DNA from: Tubiluchus corallicola
Lineage: Eukaryota; Animalia; Priapulida
Length of the DNA stretch: 64,000 nt
Reading direction: 5' to 3'
Assembly (NCBI GenBank): GCA_030141605.1
Contig: JAQGDQ010000382.1
Coordinates: forward strand, 1 to 64,000
Part shown: in pieces, positions 42,476 through 55,518 of the stretch
Layout: the number at the start of each line of letters is the position of its first letter
How positions within the stretch are numbered: position 1 is the stretch's first letter
Notes under the pieces: generated by a model
Databases searched by the model: none
The model's input: only the letters and a program-made list of their open reading frames with translations
Told to the model about the DNA's origin: nothing
Program-made: the position numbers and the translations under genes

Positions 42476-45400
42476 GATAAAATTTTATTTCAGACTAAAA
42501 CGTCCAAAAACGTACTTACAAGCAGAAACACAAATACCTTGAATTATATGAAAAAAGTAAAATTAAACTTTTAGCCTTAAAATAAGCTAAAATGGGGATT
42601 TTTTCCAAATGAAAAGTAAATATACATCCTGCTATAAAACGCATTTTGCTATAAAATGCTATAAAACATAAAATGTACATCCTGCTGTAAATTGTTTTTT
42701 GCGCTATTGTCATATTTAAAGGTGCTTGTAACTGACACTTGATCAACTTTGATCGTCTAAATTAACCTGGCACAACTTTGCCTTCTAAACTTTCATAATA
42801 ATAAAACTTGTCGAGGCCATTCACCTTTCTTCTTCCAAACTTTGTTGCCCAACAAAAATCATGTTTCACTGTGGGAAAGGCATTATAATCATTACTAGTT
42901 GGTAATGTAGTAAGTACAATGTCATTGCACTAAGTAAAACAACAGTACTAGTACTCTAACCACGTATGTAATGTATGTGTTTTTGACTTGTCTGCATGTA
43001 CTGTCTATACGGTTTTTAAACCATCTATAGGTATTTGACCGCAGGCTATCCGTAACTCCATTTTCTACAGCTACTAATGACACTTGTAGTAAATTGGCTG
43101 ACGAAGCCCACAGTTTGCTGATGTAAATGAAGCCAGAGATTTCCCTTATTAAGCGTCAGTGTTATCAGCTGTGAGGTAGTTGAGATGCTTTCGGGGAGGC
43201 CCTTCTTTATTATGCACGGTACTTTTATGACTGGACAAAAACGGTATTATCACCCTCTTCGAGCTGTCTTTGAGAACAAAGGTTGCTGGTGCTACTTGTG
43301 AATACTATAATTCACCAAACATTTTGAAAAGCCCATCATTCGATAACGGTTTCTGTGAGGGAAAGATCAAAATGATAATAGCACCGGGCGTTTATGTCAC
43401 AATGTAAATGCAAACAAAACGAAAGTGTAAAGACCAGCGAACGATCCGGCATCTCCGGATAGGGGTCACTAGTGTGATTCATGCACTTTGTATGACAGAT
43501 TTTTTTACAAAGGAACTGCTGCAAGTTTCGACTATTCTGTAACAGCTGTCGCCGGACAGTATGTGAAAATGTCCTAATGGTAGTTCCTGTATTTTCGAGC
43601 CGTTTTGTTTGTGTTCAAATTCTTATTTACGTGAAAACAAAGGCCTTAAATAATAGAAAACCCTTTATTTACATAAAGCTAAAAATGTTGTCTTGAAAAT
43701 TTACATCAATAGAATACAGTCTTCTTGCACACTGGGCTTGTCCGAGTTCACCCCCCCCCTCGATGACCGTTAGCCCGGCGCTGCCATCTTGAAGATAAAT
43801 CATTCTAAACAAGTTCATATAACAGTGAATAAAGTTTGTAAACCAATCAGAGCATTATAGCGCTCCCTTCATTAACCAAACTAAAGCATAAATTACTTTA
43901 TGTTGTCAATAAAATTAAAAATACGATTTTTGGTGAGTCAATAATGCAAACTGTGGAAATGAGTCAGTGACATTTTGCCAGTCAGCGTGAACAGTTTACA
44001 TTATTAATAATTTCTCATCTAGTTATATAAGTTTTTCAAGCAGGCAAGAGTAGTGAAAACTACTACAACTTTGTGTAAAAGGTATTTGAGACATACTTCA
44101 AATTTTATATTTCTTCGCCTTTAAAGGACTTTCTGTATCTTCAGAATGATAATTCCAGTTACACGTATAGAGCCCAGCCTCATTGAAAAACTATCATATA
44201 CCGTCATTTCGACAAAACGAAAACATCAGTCACTCATTATCTCGCTTCCTCACTCGCTTGTAATGTTATCCCAAATGTTGTGTTTGTTTGTATGTAAATA
44301 ATTAATGTAACTTAATTGTACCTGCAAATAGAGGAAAATAAAGAGTTATAATAGTTATAATAATCACTCGCTCCCTCACCAATTTCTCACATAGAAATCG
44401 GTTGCGCTTTTAATGAATAAACTAATTTCGTCTATTATCTCATTGTTCACTTGACCTAGCCGCTCTATGGCAGCCACTGAATATGACCACATAAACAGCC
44501 ACATGTGGATTGTGGAACGACTATGCTTCTTGCGTGGTACTCAGTCAAAGCACAAAAATGCAAACAATCGTGCAGTGAAACAATTTGACTCATTACCTTC
44601 GTAACCAAGACTGATTTATTCTTGTGTTTTCCTAAGAAGGAGACTACATACAACCCCAACAAATCAGCCAATCGCGCTTTCACTTCAGGAAGCAATGACG
44701 TTCGTTAATCAAACCGGACGCAAAAAGAATGGAGAGTTTGTTACTTTTGGTCGTCTGCTTTAACGCTGATTTCTTGGAGAAAACTCTTAAACTAAAGAGA
44801 GAGAAGAAGGCGACAAACGAGAAATACCTTGATGCTAGATAACTTACACGTGTTCTTGCATTTTTCACATCACCGTTAAAAATGTAATTGCTGTACTTTT
44901 TAAGACTTGAAATCTTGCAAAGGGCATAGGCTTATTATCATAATCATCGTAATCACTATTATTTATTAAAATAATATATCCTATCATAATGAAATCATTA
45001 TATCCAGCATGTAAATCAGTGCTAGGCATGACGACTAATTAAGTTTTCATGTTGCTTGTTTACTTCGTCGAAGAAAGATATACATAAAAATTATATACGC
45101 CACGTTCAGTCGTATAATCGTATATAAGCGCCATATATATATGTGTACATTAGCTACACACGCACACGCAAGCGCGCGCACACACATACACGCACATATA
45201 TACATATATACTTTGTACGCCTGACTGGGTAAAATTCTGGCCAAGATTTCGATCGGCCACAACTATATACAGGATTTGTCACTGAATGTCAGATTCAAAC
45301 TTACACAATAACGAAGCTTATAAAAATACCTTGAAGGAGAAGGAACGAAAATTTTGAGCACACGCCAAAGACTTTCCATGCAAAGTTACATTTTCATAGT

Positions 45401-47107
45401 GTACCCCTTACATATTCCAACTCGATTTTTGTGCCAAAATTAATTTTTGTGCCTAATTAAGTCAATTTCGAGGTGCTGAATTAAAAATAATATTTGCCAT
45501 TTTTTCGTGCACATCTTTGTCTGCATTTTAGATTTCACTATTGACGTTAGAAACGACCGTCACTAACATTTAAAAATGCTGTGTTCCTCGTAGTACTTTG
45601 AATAATACTCAGTTTTTTTTTTACAAAAATAAGGAAGTCGGGTGGGCTAAATGTGTATTAAATTCTTTTTAAAATAGTGGGCGTGGCTAAGTCACGTGAC
45701 AATGGTTAAATGTACAAATTGGTGCTAATGCCTTTGTCGCTCAAATCCTGCGAGGAGTATTTTGCAAGGATCTGTTACTGCAAAAACTACTGTTTTTAAC
45801 AGAGATTAGAGTAGGTATGCCCTAACATGCATCTTCAAGTACATGCAACAAAACAAGTCTCTTCTAAAAGCAATCACTCTAGGGGGCGGATATTTAAGCG
45901 AGGATTTGTTTATTTAGCGAATTGAAAGTTTCTAAGAAATGGTGGTTTTATTAACTTTATGCGCGAGAGTATTACAGATCGAGCATCTAAAAGCTTGATT
46001 CAGCAGCAAGAAAGAGAAGGAAAGAGGCTGATCTGTAGGGGTTCTCATTTTATTCGACAGGGTTCGTGAATAAAGAAGAAAATATGAGCTACGTTCAGTA
46101 GACGTCAACAGACTGAAATGAAAGATTGGCATCTCTAGTGAATAGTCTAAAGGTTTCTTACTATTGTTGTTGTAGCTGATATTATATCACGGTTCTGTGT
46201 GGATTCGCCTGAGACATCGTGTTGCGCTTAATGCTTATATGGTTCTAGACTCGAACACGGAAGTCAGTACGTCAGTAATAAAGTGCAATGTTGGACGTCC
46301 TTCTAAAATGTTCAATACAGGCAATAAGCTGTGAAAGATTCTCAGCATTAGCGGCGTCTTTGTTTTTGCCAAACGGCTGTTTCCTGAGTTTAATAACATT
46401 TTTGTTCACAACTCACGAAAACGATGCCATATTTTACTCAATTTCTTAAAGCCCCAAACATGTCAAGACTTGTCAAGACTTGTCAAGGTCATTGCCAAAT
46501 ATGGAACAATTTTAAGCAATAGCAAATTTTAATGGTTTCAATGGTAAAGACGATCCCGTGATAAGTGTGTGGAATTCACTTTATCAAAACACGGCGGAAC
46601 TAAGCGAAAACTAGAGAAAGCTTAGAGAAAATTAAAAACCAGCAAAATACATGATACATGTAAATACATTATCATTCACAAAGACGTACATAGTCCCTAA
46701 AACAGGGATAATTACTGTGTGTAAAATAACTGTACTCTCTCCACTATTGAAAGGACTGCAAAACAATTTGTCAACAGTAAACACTTTGTTCATTTGACAA
46801 TTTTTGTAGCGTTTGTGAGCCAGCACAAGTTAGCAACGAATTTCTAATGAAGAAAGTGCGTAACTGCCTTTTACTCAAAATGTTAAATATAAAGCTTTTT
46901 GTGTCCAATCTTAAGACACCTTATACTGTTCACAAATTGCGCAAATCCCTGTTATTATCCCCACGTGCGTAACGCTGGATACGCATCTTATGTAATCCAC
47001 GAATTTTGCCGTCCATAAGGCCGATGTACAAGATCAGAGCCAGTCCGTTACAACTCCATTGTAAATTCTGAGCCAGGATCAAGACTCAATGTCAGTTTAA
47101 GTTAAAT

Positions 47108-47226
47108 TTGCCTATAGTAACTATCTTTAGTAACTGCCTATAGTAACTACCTTTAATAACTGCCTATAGTAACTGCCTATATTAACTGCTATAGTAACTA
47201 CCTATAGTAACTGCCTATAGTAACTG
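47108..47226. repeat. 13-bp minisatellite (aactgcctatagt), ~9 units
   Basis: Seen directly. Confidence 0.9.
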
Positions 47227-48714
47227 GCTGATTTGACAGCTGAGAAAATGCGGACGTATATACTGCAAATAACACTATCTCATGCAGTTACCTGATATTC
47301 GTTTATACGTTCATTCACCCATTCGTCCTAACCATTCATGCGTCCGTCATTCGGCGGTCCGTCTGTCCATCTGCCCATATGTCCGTCGATTCATACGTCC
47401 ATTCACCCCTCCATCCATTCCTTCATCCATTCATCCCACCTTCCATCCATCCATCCATCCATCCATCCATCCATCCGTCCGTCCGTCCGTCCGTGGGTCC
47501 ATTCATTCATTCACTCATTTATTAATCTGAAACTGATCAAATTTTGTAAATGTGTAAACTAGCAACTTATATTCAACAAACAATCAATAATGCGCGCACA
47601 TTACACACAGTTTTTTTCATTCTGGCGAAAGTTCATTTAATATTTGACATGTCCACATCTGGCTCGGCTGCAAAGACATCTGCAGATTCATTGCAGCTTG
47701 TCAGTCAGCTGCTCGTTGTTGCCACTAGAAGCAATCTCATGTCTTAACCCGTTGATTATTGATTAACGGTAATTTGAGCAACACGGCTACATCAAGAACG
47801 ATTAAAAACCACGTAAATGACACCCCGCACGATGCTGTAAACAATTATGAGGTTTTACTTACATCTGGAAAATTGTTGCAGTTTTGACATATCAGCTTCT
47901 TTAACTGTTGATGATAAAAGAACATAGAAATCACTTTAAGACGCTGATAAGAAATGAATTTTTTTCTCAATAGATCTTACATGAAAGATAGTCAAGTTAG
48001 TAAGCGTTTCGCATTTGAATCAAAAATACTTTTCGGTTAATTTCTATAATCTTAACGCCAAGATTACTATTAATGATTGAACAAACACGCAATTAACTAA
48101 ATTTTGATAACAAGCTTGGAAAACATGAAATGTGAGATAATTGGGATGCAGCCTGGATTTGAACCTGGGACCGTCTTCTTACTTCTTCTAGGATGGAGCG
48201 TTAGACCAATAGACCACCGTTTCTGCAGTAATCAAGACAATCTTTTTGCTTTTGAGTTTTCTAGCATAAGATGGATAATATTTTTCTCATTAATTGTTCG
48301 CCATGGAGCATAGTTTTCACTACCAACGTGTAAAATTCTCGCAAATTCAAACCAAATTCTATTTCTTGTGACATGTGAATCGAAAACACTGCGCCAGTCA
48401 ATGTTAGACAAACAATTTGAGAAAGCTGCAATTTTTGTTTTGTGGAAATCATAAACTCTACATATTTGAAAATAATTGAGGACCTCCTTGGAAAGCAGTG
48501 CTAAGCACTAAAGGACCTACCTCATAAAATATTACTATAAATATATAAATAAATATACTTATTTGATTGAACGCTCGTTCTGAGTCATATCAGAAACTGT
48601 TGGTCCTTGGGCAGACCATACGGATCTATCGTTCAACTTAACAAGGTATTACGTATAAGTTAATTATTGCTTTGTGGATTTAGTTTGTTATCTTGATCAA
48701 TGATAAAAAGCTAA

Positions 48715-49426
48715 CCCCTTCAGGGGGGCACCATTCAAAATAGGTCTTACAAGATCTATGACTTTTCTGCTACTGTATGAGCACAGGCATAACTAAATGA
48801 TTACACATTAGGATACTGTTCTATTCATGAGACTATAGACTATCCGATCATGCTATTTGCTTAAAACTTGTGTGATTTAATTAGATAAGTTTAAGGAAAG
48901 CAAGCCCTTTTCAGGCACTCCAACTTAGCCTATCGAGCAGCTTAGTCTGGTGTACACTTGCGTGATCGTACACACTAATTTATTGATTGCTTGCTTGCTA
49001 CAGCCCAAGCTGCGCAATTTTCTGCTGCTATTCCAGGAAAAGCAAACCGATCAGCCAAGGGCAAATTAAGATCGTTTCATGTTTTAATAGGAATTCTTTT
49101 AAAAATAGAGTAGACCTGAGGCCAACGTGTATCAGAGTGTTATGTCTGGAACGTTGAAATTTTCTGCATTAACCGAGTTGTGAAACTATACTTTGTTGCA
49201 GAGCAAACACTATAGTTACTGAAAGATTTTTCAATTTATTTGTCATTAATTGATTTTTAATTTGTCTAAAGTAAGCAAATGCATTTTGTGTATAATTTTG
49301 TGAAAGTCCATTGTGTTAGGAACAGAAACCTACAAAAATTATCAACTATAACGAAATTGCTGCTTAGCGAGAGCAGTTTTTCATGAATTCATGCAAAATG
49401 CAACAAATTCTTACGGTCTGAAAGAG
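48715..49426. mobile_element. piggyBac-like non-autonomous element (tentative)
   Basis: CTAA|CCCCTTCAG...CTGAAAGAG|TTAA: degenerate TIRs with TTAA-like flanks. The sister copy at 40989 starts TTAA|CTCCTTCAG. Confidence 0.45.
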
Positions 49427-49652
49427 TTAAAGCAAAGAAGATTGTTATTATTATTATTATTTTGTTCGTGGATGTACCCAACAATCTTCTGCTTGCGTAG
49501 AATTTAGTAATACTAGTGTCCTTAACATGGATTTCTTGGCTGTTGCTACACAATACTATGGTTTAGCAATTCTAACTTGTAATACCATGATACAATACAA
49601 TATTTTTTATAAAGACATTTTTAAAGTCTGATTGACACATTTATGTTACATA

Positions 49653-49982
49653 CAGGGGCGGATTATGACATTTTGGGGCCCCTAGCTTTAGGACAAAATA
49701 TCGGACTCTTTAGACAGAGCCACCCTCTAATTTGTTCGCACTCGTCTCGAATATTTTTACTTGTGATATATTTTAGCAACATTTGTCTAGCTGAGGGTTC
49801 CCATATTTCAAATAAAAGCCCTCAAACAAGGATCCTTTATCTCAAGTGAGGAGCCACTTTAAAATTAGTTTTTCAGATTTCCTGGCTTCCTTTTTTTAAA
49901 GTTGAAATTTTACTTTAACATACGAATTATTCAGCAATGCAAAGTATAGTCGTCCACTAGACTATATGGTAATCCAGTCCTG
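49653..49982. mobile_element. hAT-type MITE, 330 bp
   Basis: TIRs CAGGGGCGGATTA/TAATCCAGTCCTG; flanking 8-mers gttacata/attacatg (6/8 match). Confidence 0.6.
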
Positions 49983-51036
49983 ATTACATGGAATAAAGTT
50001 GTTAGTAAATACGTAATCAAACTTATAAAACAACAAACCAATTTGCCTCCAAATCTTCGTTAGTTTGGTCGTCATGGTTACCAGTTTATGTTACCCAAAG
50101 TTAGAACATCCAGATACAAAGATACATTCATTTCATCAGCAACTATTCGTGTTTTGATAAAAAAAAACATCTTCATAAACTCTAGCCATTGTAAAAAGTG
50201 AAGTCTTTTTATCTGAAATAGTTTGAATTGAATTTTTATATGAGCCTCAGCATTTAGTCAAGATTTTAATTTGATTTTTTTAAATTTTATATTGTACTTG
50301 TAATTGCAAAAACTACGTGCCCTTAATACAATAACTTTGAATAAACTAATTAACCAATGAATTAATTAAAGAATCATTAAGCTTCTTGCAAAGTTACAAC
50401 GTATTTAGTAGAAGGACGGCGGTGTATAATGTCTTCAGCCTTGGTTAAAAAGTCTTTCTCTCAACTATTCATCTATGGTATGTTCAAGTTTGGCCAAGAA
50501 CGGCGTCGAACTTGTGAGCATATCAACTACGCATTGATGCAGATATTACATGTCGACGTAATTACATGTTAATGTTTTAACTGCTCTACTTTTCTTCCAG
50601 CATTTAATTGCTAATTAAATAAGTTGATTTTCTGTTAGTCATTTTGTCGTATTAAATAAGTTCACTTTCGTTAATTAGTTTATGACTGTGAATGTCAGGG
50701 TTTTAATTTCACAATTAGTTTAAAAAGGAAAGGAGAAGCTGAAAAATTATGAACCAGTCAGGACTTGAACCCGAGCCCTGGGATTAGTACTCATGCCAGA
50801 GCACTAATTTTCTCTCTTGCTTGCTTCAACTCATTATCCTCAAATGGGAATAATTGTTGTGAAATAAACCGCATTGGTCTATGAAAATCTTGACATTCTC
50901 AGTCATAAACTAATTAATGATATTTTTAATTGTCAGCTAATTTGAAAAAGTTGATACAGTAAGTTCACTTTCTATTAGTTATTTTGTCTTAATGTCGACG
51001 ATGTCCTCATCATTATAATTTTGTTCCTATAAACGT

Positions 51037-51428
51037 TAATAAGCCTTTTCACAGTTTCGTTGTGCGCACGAGCAGTTGCTGAAGGTCAAAGGTTAAGTGT
51101 ACCATAGCAACACATCTTAACTGCAACCATCTCGTGATAAATGAGTAAAGAAAATCCGTCTGTCGCACCAGTTCAGTAACTTCATTTGTTCTACATTGAC
51201 TTTGGTTAATTATGCATTAGTGTGTGCGTAGAGTGATTTACTAGTAGGATCTTGCTTGAGAACAAGAAAAAATGAACTAGAAAAGGTTCTAGCTAGCTGT
51301 TAAAACTGTTACTATTACAATAGCATGGACTGTGAGTCATTGTCATGTGTACACAAATGTGTTGTACACTTAACCTTTGACCTTTTCACGATCATCATCA
51401 ATCGCTGGAACTGTGAAAAGGCTTATTA
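51037..51428. mobile_element. MITE with TIRs TAATAAGCCTTTTCACAGTT; partial copies at ~5325-5550 and ~27612-27680
   Basis: 20-bp perfect inverted termini plus an internal inverted aaggtcaaaggttaagtgtac; the internal segment tgcgtagagtgatttactag...acaagaaaaaatgaactag is shared with 5340-5400. Confidence 0.8.
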
Positions 51429-52046
51429 TACTAGTGAAATGTTCGCGTATTACTAATTGTTGGTTTTGCGCATGGCAAACAGCTGTGTTGGGTGGGGGTG
51501 GGGGGGGGGGGGTTATGTTGGTTGCTACCTCAAACCCCGTGGTGGAAATACTTTCAAGTAAAGAACGGCTTCACGCAGGAAGAACGTTTTACATACTGAC
51601 CCATTTCATAATTACGACCGTTATTAATCGCTGCAAGCTGCAAAGATCTAATTATATGCTAAATTATGCCCAGCAAATTATAATTATGTAGGCTTTAGTA
51701 TCCTGCAAATTTTCTGCTAATGTGATATTGTACCATTCGTATACAACCGCCTAGTAATTACGACATCCTGATGCTTTACAAATGTGCATATGATTATAGT
51801 TTGTTTTTTCATATTTTTGGAGATTAGAAAATGGATAAATTATAATTTTTGTAGTCAGCGGCATATAAATGAATAATTAGCAGATAATTCTTAATGACAA
51901 GAAAAGACAATATGATTAAAAAATCCTACAATTAAAGCTAGAGTAAAAGACATGACATGGATTATTCCCGCAGTGATGATGATGATGATGGTGATGAATG
52001 ATGGTGGGTGATGGTGGTGGTGATGATGATGATGATGATGATGCTG

Positions 52047-52297
52047 ATAATCTTTATTTAAAGTCGACTTTAAGATGAACAATTAACATAAGTTCCAAAA
52101 GCTTTTGAACCAACTGTAAATGACAATCTACAACTACATAACAGAGATTATCATTACCCACTTTTACCGTAAATACCACGCGCCAGGCAGGGCAACAGCC
52201 GGTGCCACTTTTAAGTCTGCGGTATGGCCCGGCCGCTGTATCGAACTCACGACATCACAGACGAAAAGCGGTCGCGTTACAACTAGACTAACCCGTC
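52047..52297 (-). mobile_element. tRNA-derived SINE, Meta-domain-like (family copy 2), followed by a CAT-repeat tail
   Basis: Minus strand: tctagttgtaacgcg...gagttcgatac...gggccataccgcagacttaaaagtgg...ctgttgccctgcctg...tctctgttatgtagttgtag...actttaaataaagatt; homologous to 18483-18718. Confidence 0.75.
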
Positions 52298-53479
52298 ATT
52301 CATTCGTTCATTCTAAATTCATTCACACTAAAAAGAGAAAAAACGCAAATAAGAACTATTTATTATTTTTTGATAACATAACCAGTTAATATATTCACTA
52401 AAAATCACAATAAATACTTTACGCGACAGAAACCAACACAAAGTGCCCGCAGTGAATAAAACGCAAAAGCGAACCATATAAATCATAACAATACATTAGC
52501 AAAAAGCACAAAATATAGTAATAGCCCTGAGCAGACCAAAATAAATAACATCAACTCTCATCTTTTCTTCTTGTCTTATATCTGCTGCATTTAGGGGGAT
52601 TTTTAAACAGAATTATTTGCACGAAAACTGACACCATATTTATTGGCACGAAATAGCTGTTTGTATTTATTCGAAACATAAACTTATGAACAAAATATGT
52701 CACATAAAGGAAATAGAATACTCGGGCAATCGACCACGCTATTCTTAGCAGTCATGTTTTCTATCATGCCGTTCCTATTATTGCGCGTTAAAAATAGTGC
52801 TTCGTGAGCCACACTCGCGAAATCATTTTTATAAATCGACTCACATAATGTTCTAAGTAACAACTTAGTGCAGCATTCTGTCGCTGTGATGAGAGCTCTG
52901 GATTCACCAAGAAACCTTGGAAATGGTCAGTCTAGTATAAATGTCTAGGAGACGAAACGATTGCAATGATTATTGTGCCACTTCAAACTTCTTTTGGCTG
53001 CGCCTGGCAGAACTTAAGAGACTGACAAGACAATTATCGTTTAATAGAAAGAAAGAACGTAATAAAAACTGCAAAAATGTGTTTCGTACTAGTTACTAAA
53101 ATCTCTAACCATCTTATAAGCTCAGTGTAATCATCTGACTGACTAATTAACTGACAAAAGACGCTGATTTATAACGACTTAAGCGGCGATATATGACTTG
53201 AAGTTGTTCGCACGGTTTACCAAAGTTGCAGTTAAATGCATAGCTTGGCTGATTAGCCAATTTATCTTGCATCTGCATTCATAATACACGCTACAAAATA
53301 GTAAATCCCAAGCTTCTTGAGGTGTACGTTTTTTTGTGTACATTTTATGAGGGACGTGTCGATCACTGCTAATTCGCACGTCGTGCACAAAAATGGTATA
53401 AACTGACAGTACCGAACGGACTGTAATTTACTTGTTTAGCTAATTTACAATAGTTTAGTAACTTGCAATAGTTACAGTA

Positions 53480-53950
53480 GGTGCCGGTCTGTTTTCGATT
53501 TTCATTAAAGGAATTCCATGAGAGTATTGCACGTGTTTACGAAAACGAAAATTGAAGTGCAGTGCTACTGTACAACATTCTGCATGATATACAAAAACTC
53601 GCCAAATTTTAAGTTTAAAATTCAAATTTCAAGCTTACTGCTGTGCTCACGTATGAGTTCACGAACGTATGCAGCATGTCACAAATGAACGGGGAGGTAC
53701 AGCATATGTTTTTGTGCAAAACGCTTCCGAAATGCAGGCGCTAGTGCCTATCTAACTAGAGAATGGCAAAATGCATATGTACCATATGTACTAGCAAAGA
53801 ATAGCCGCGCAAACGCGAAACTGCGTGTCAATGATAATAATTCTTTCATTCTTAAATAAATAAAATAGTGTGTTCCATTTTAATATATTACAGGGTAGGT
53901 TGTTTTGAGCTGATTGGGTCCAGTAACTTCGGTTTGCCTTGAATTTATAT
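53480..53950 (-). mobile_element. Interspersed repeat, inverted sister of 23860-24330
   Basis: Reverse-complement similarity as described for 23860-24330. Confidence 0.7.
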
Positions 53951-54197
53951 CTAACTGCGTACCATGTGATGAAATGATTTAGTCGATGAATGCTATTATA
54001 GTGAAAGAAAATGTGATATAGATGTGATCCCCTTTATTCTTTTATTAGCACTTTCACCATGGAGATACCTGTATCAGACTTGAGTCTGTTTGGCAAATCC
54101 ACTATAAATAAATAAAGTTTGAACTAAACAAGAACGCAATGATCGATGACGTAATAAATTAGTGACACCAATTAAATATTTTCATTTCTTTTGATTT

Positions 54198-55518
54198 TTA
54201 TACTGCTGTAGTAATTTGATCTACGATATCTCTCACCAGTCCTAACTGCTGGCTTGTGGTTGGCTGATGATCTGATGGTAACTCTGTAACAATTATTGCT
54301 TTACTTGACTTGTCTTGTATCAACTTCGAATTGATATTGAGAATTTGATTCTGTTTGCTCTTGTCAACGCTGCACTTGTCCATTGCTAAGATGCGTTTGA
54401 AAGCGTCTCTGAACTCGGTGTTAAAAATACTATAGATGACTGGATTCATGGAAGAGTTGAAATAACCCAACCAGGTTAAAATCGTGAATACGACTTTAGG
54501 AACACACTCGGCACACAAGGCCGCGGCAATGTTCACACAGAAGAAAGGGGTCCAGCAAAACAAAAACACACCCATTATAACACCAATGGTTATGGCGGCT
54601 TTGTGATCTCGAACTTGGTGAGTGGGACTGTCAATAACTGCTTTGGTATCATCAGTAGAATAATGCGTCGGTGTTACCTGCACAGATAACGCTTTGATTC
54701 TCTTAACGTGCATGCGTGCGTGCGAGTACAAGCGTACGTACAGACTCACCATCACTACGCATGGTACATAGAAACTAATGCAAGAAGACAGAATCGCATA
54801 AACTGGATTTATTTCCAAGGCACACAGGACGAGTTGAGCTTCTGTGTCATTAACACGAGCAGGTTCAGATGAATTCAATCCAGCCTCGTGCCAGCCAAGA
54901 CTGATTGGAATAAATGAAATAAGGAACGAGCAAAACCACACTGCTGTGATGATAATCAAAGCATTTCGAGGTCGCATTTTGGCATAATATCGAAGTGGAT
55001 TTTTGATATGAATGTACCTGTCTGCGCTGATTGCACACAAGTTTAATATACTTGCTGTTGAACACATAATATCAAACGATACCCACACATTGCAAAAATG
55101 AACGTCAAATACCCAGTAACCGAGCAAATCGTTGGCCAGTGCAAACGGCATTACAAGAGAAGCAACTAGCAGGTCTGCAACAGCTAGAGACACTATGAAC
55201 AAATTGTTGGTTTTCCGAAGATGTCTGTCACTGTAGACAGCAATACAGACGAGAACATTGCCAGCAATGGCCAGAAGTATTACTGATGATAATCCAATAC
55301 CAGTAACAACAATGAAAGTTGATGCAGAAGGAGTCACATGGCTAGAGTTTGGCTCACTTGTTAGTGGACCCTCCTGAGATACAGTCATAGTGCCATAATA
55401 TTGTCTGTAAGACAAACATTGGCTTCATTCAATACCTGTCGTTGCTCTATTCAACTCACCTCAATGCAATATAATTAACAGCATTATCACTTGATCCCAG
55501 CCCTTTGCACAGGTGCAT
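54198..55518 (-). CDS. Dop1R1: D1-like dopamine receptor (invertebrate DOP1/Dop1R1 type), class A GPCR; main exon 54198-55404, start at Met 55388 (396 aa) or in spliced exon 55460-55518 (421 aa)
   Basis: Seven TM segments: GNVLVC, SLAVADLL, TM3 DIMCSTASILNLC with the amine-binding Asp, DRY, TM5 serines SSCISF, DHKAAITIGVIMGVFLFCWTPFF, TWLGYFNSSMNPVIYSIFNTEFRDAFKRIL. These TM6-TM7 segments are characteristic of DOP1. Confidence 0.93.

Noticed and set aside
55389-55415. ORF-track start of the GPCR at 55415
   Set aside because: Non-ATG codon inside a polypyrimidine/acceptor tract; ATG 55388 or spliced ATG 55518 is more plausible.
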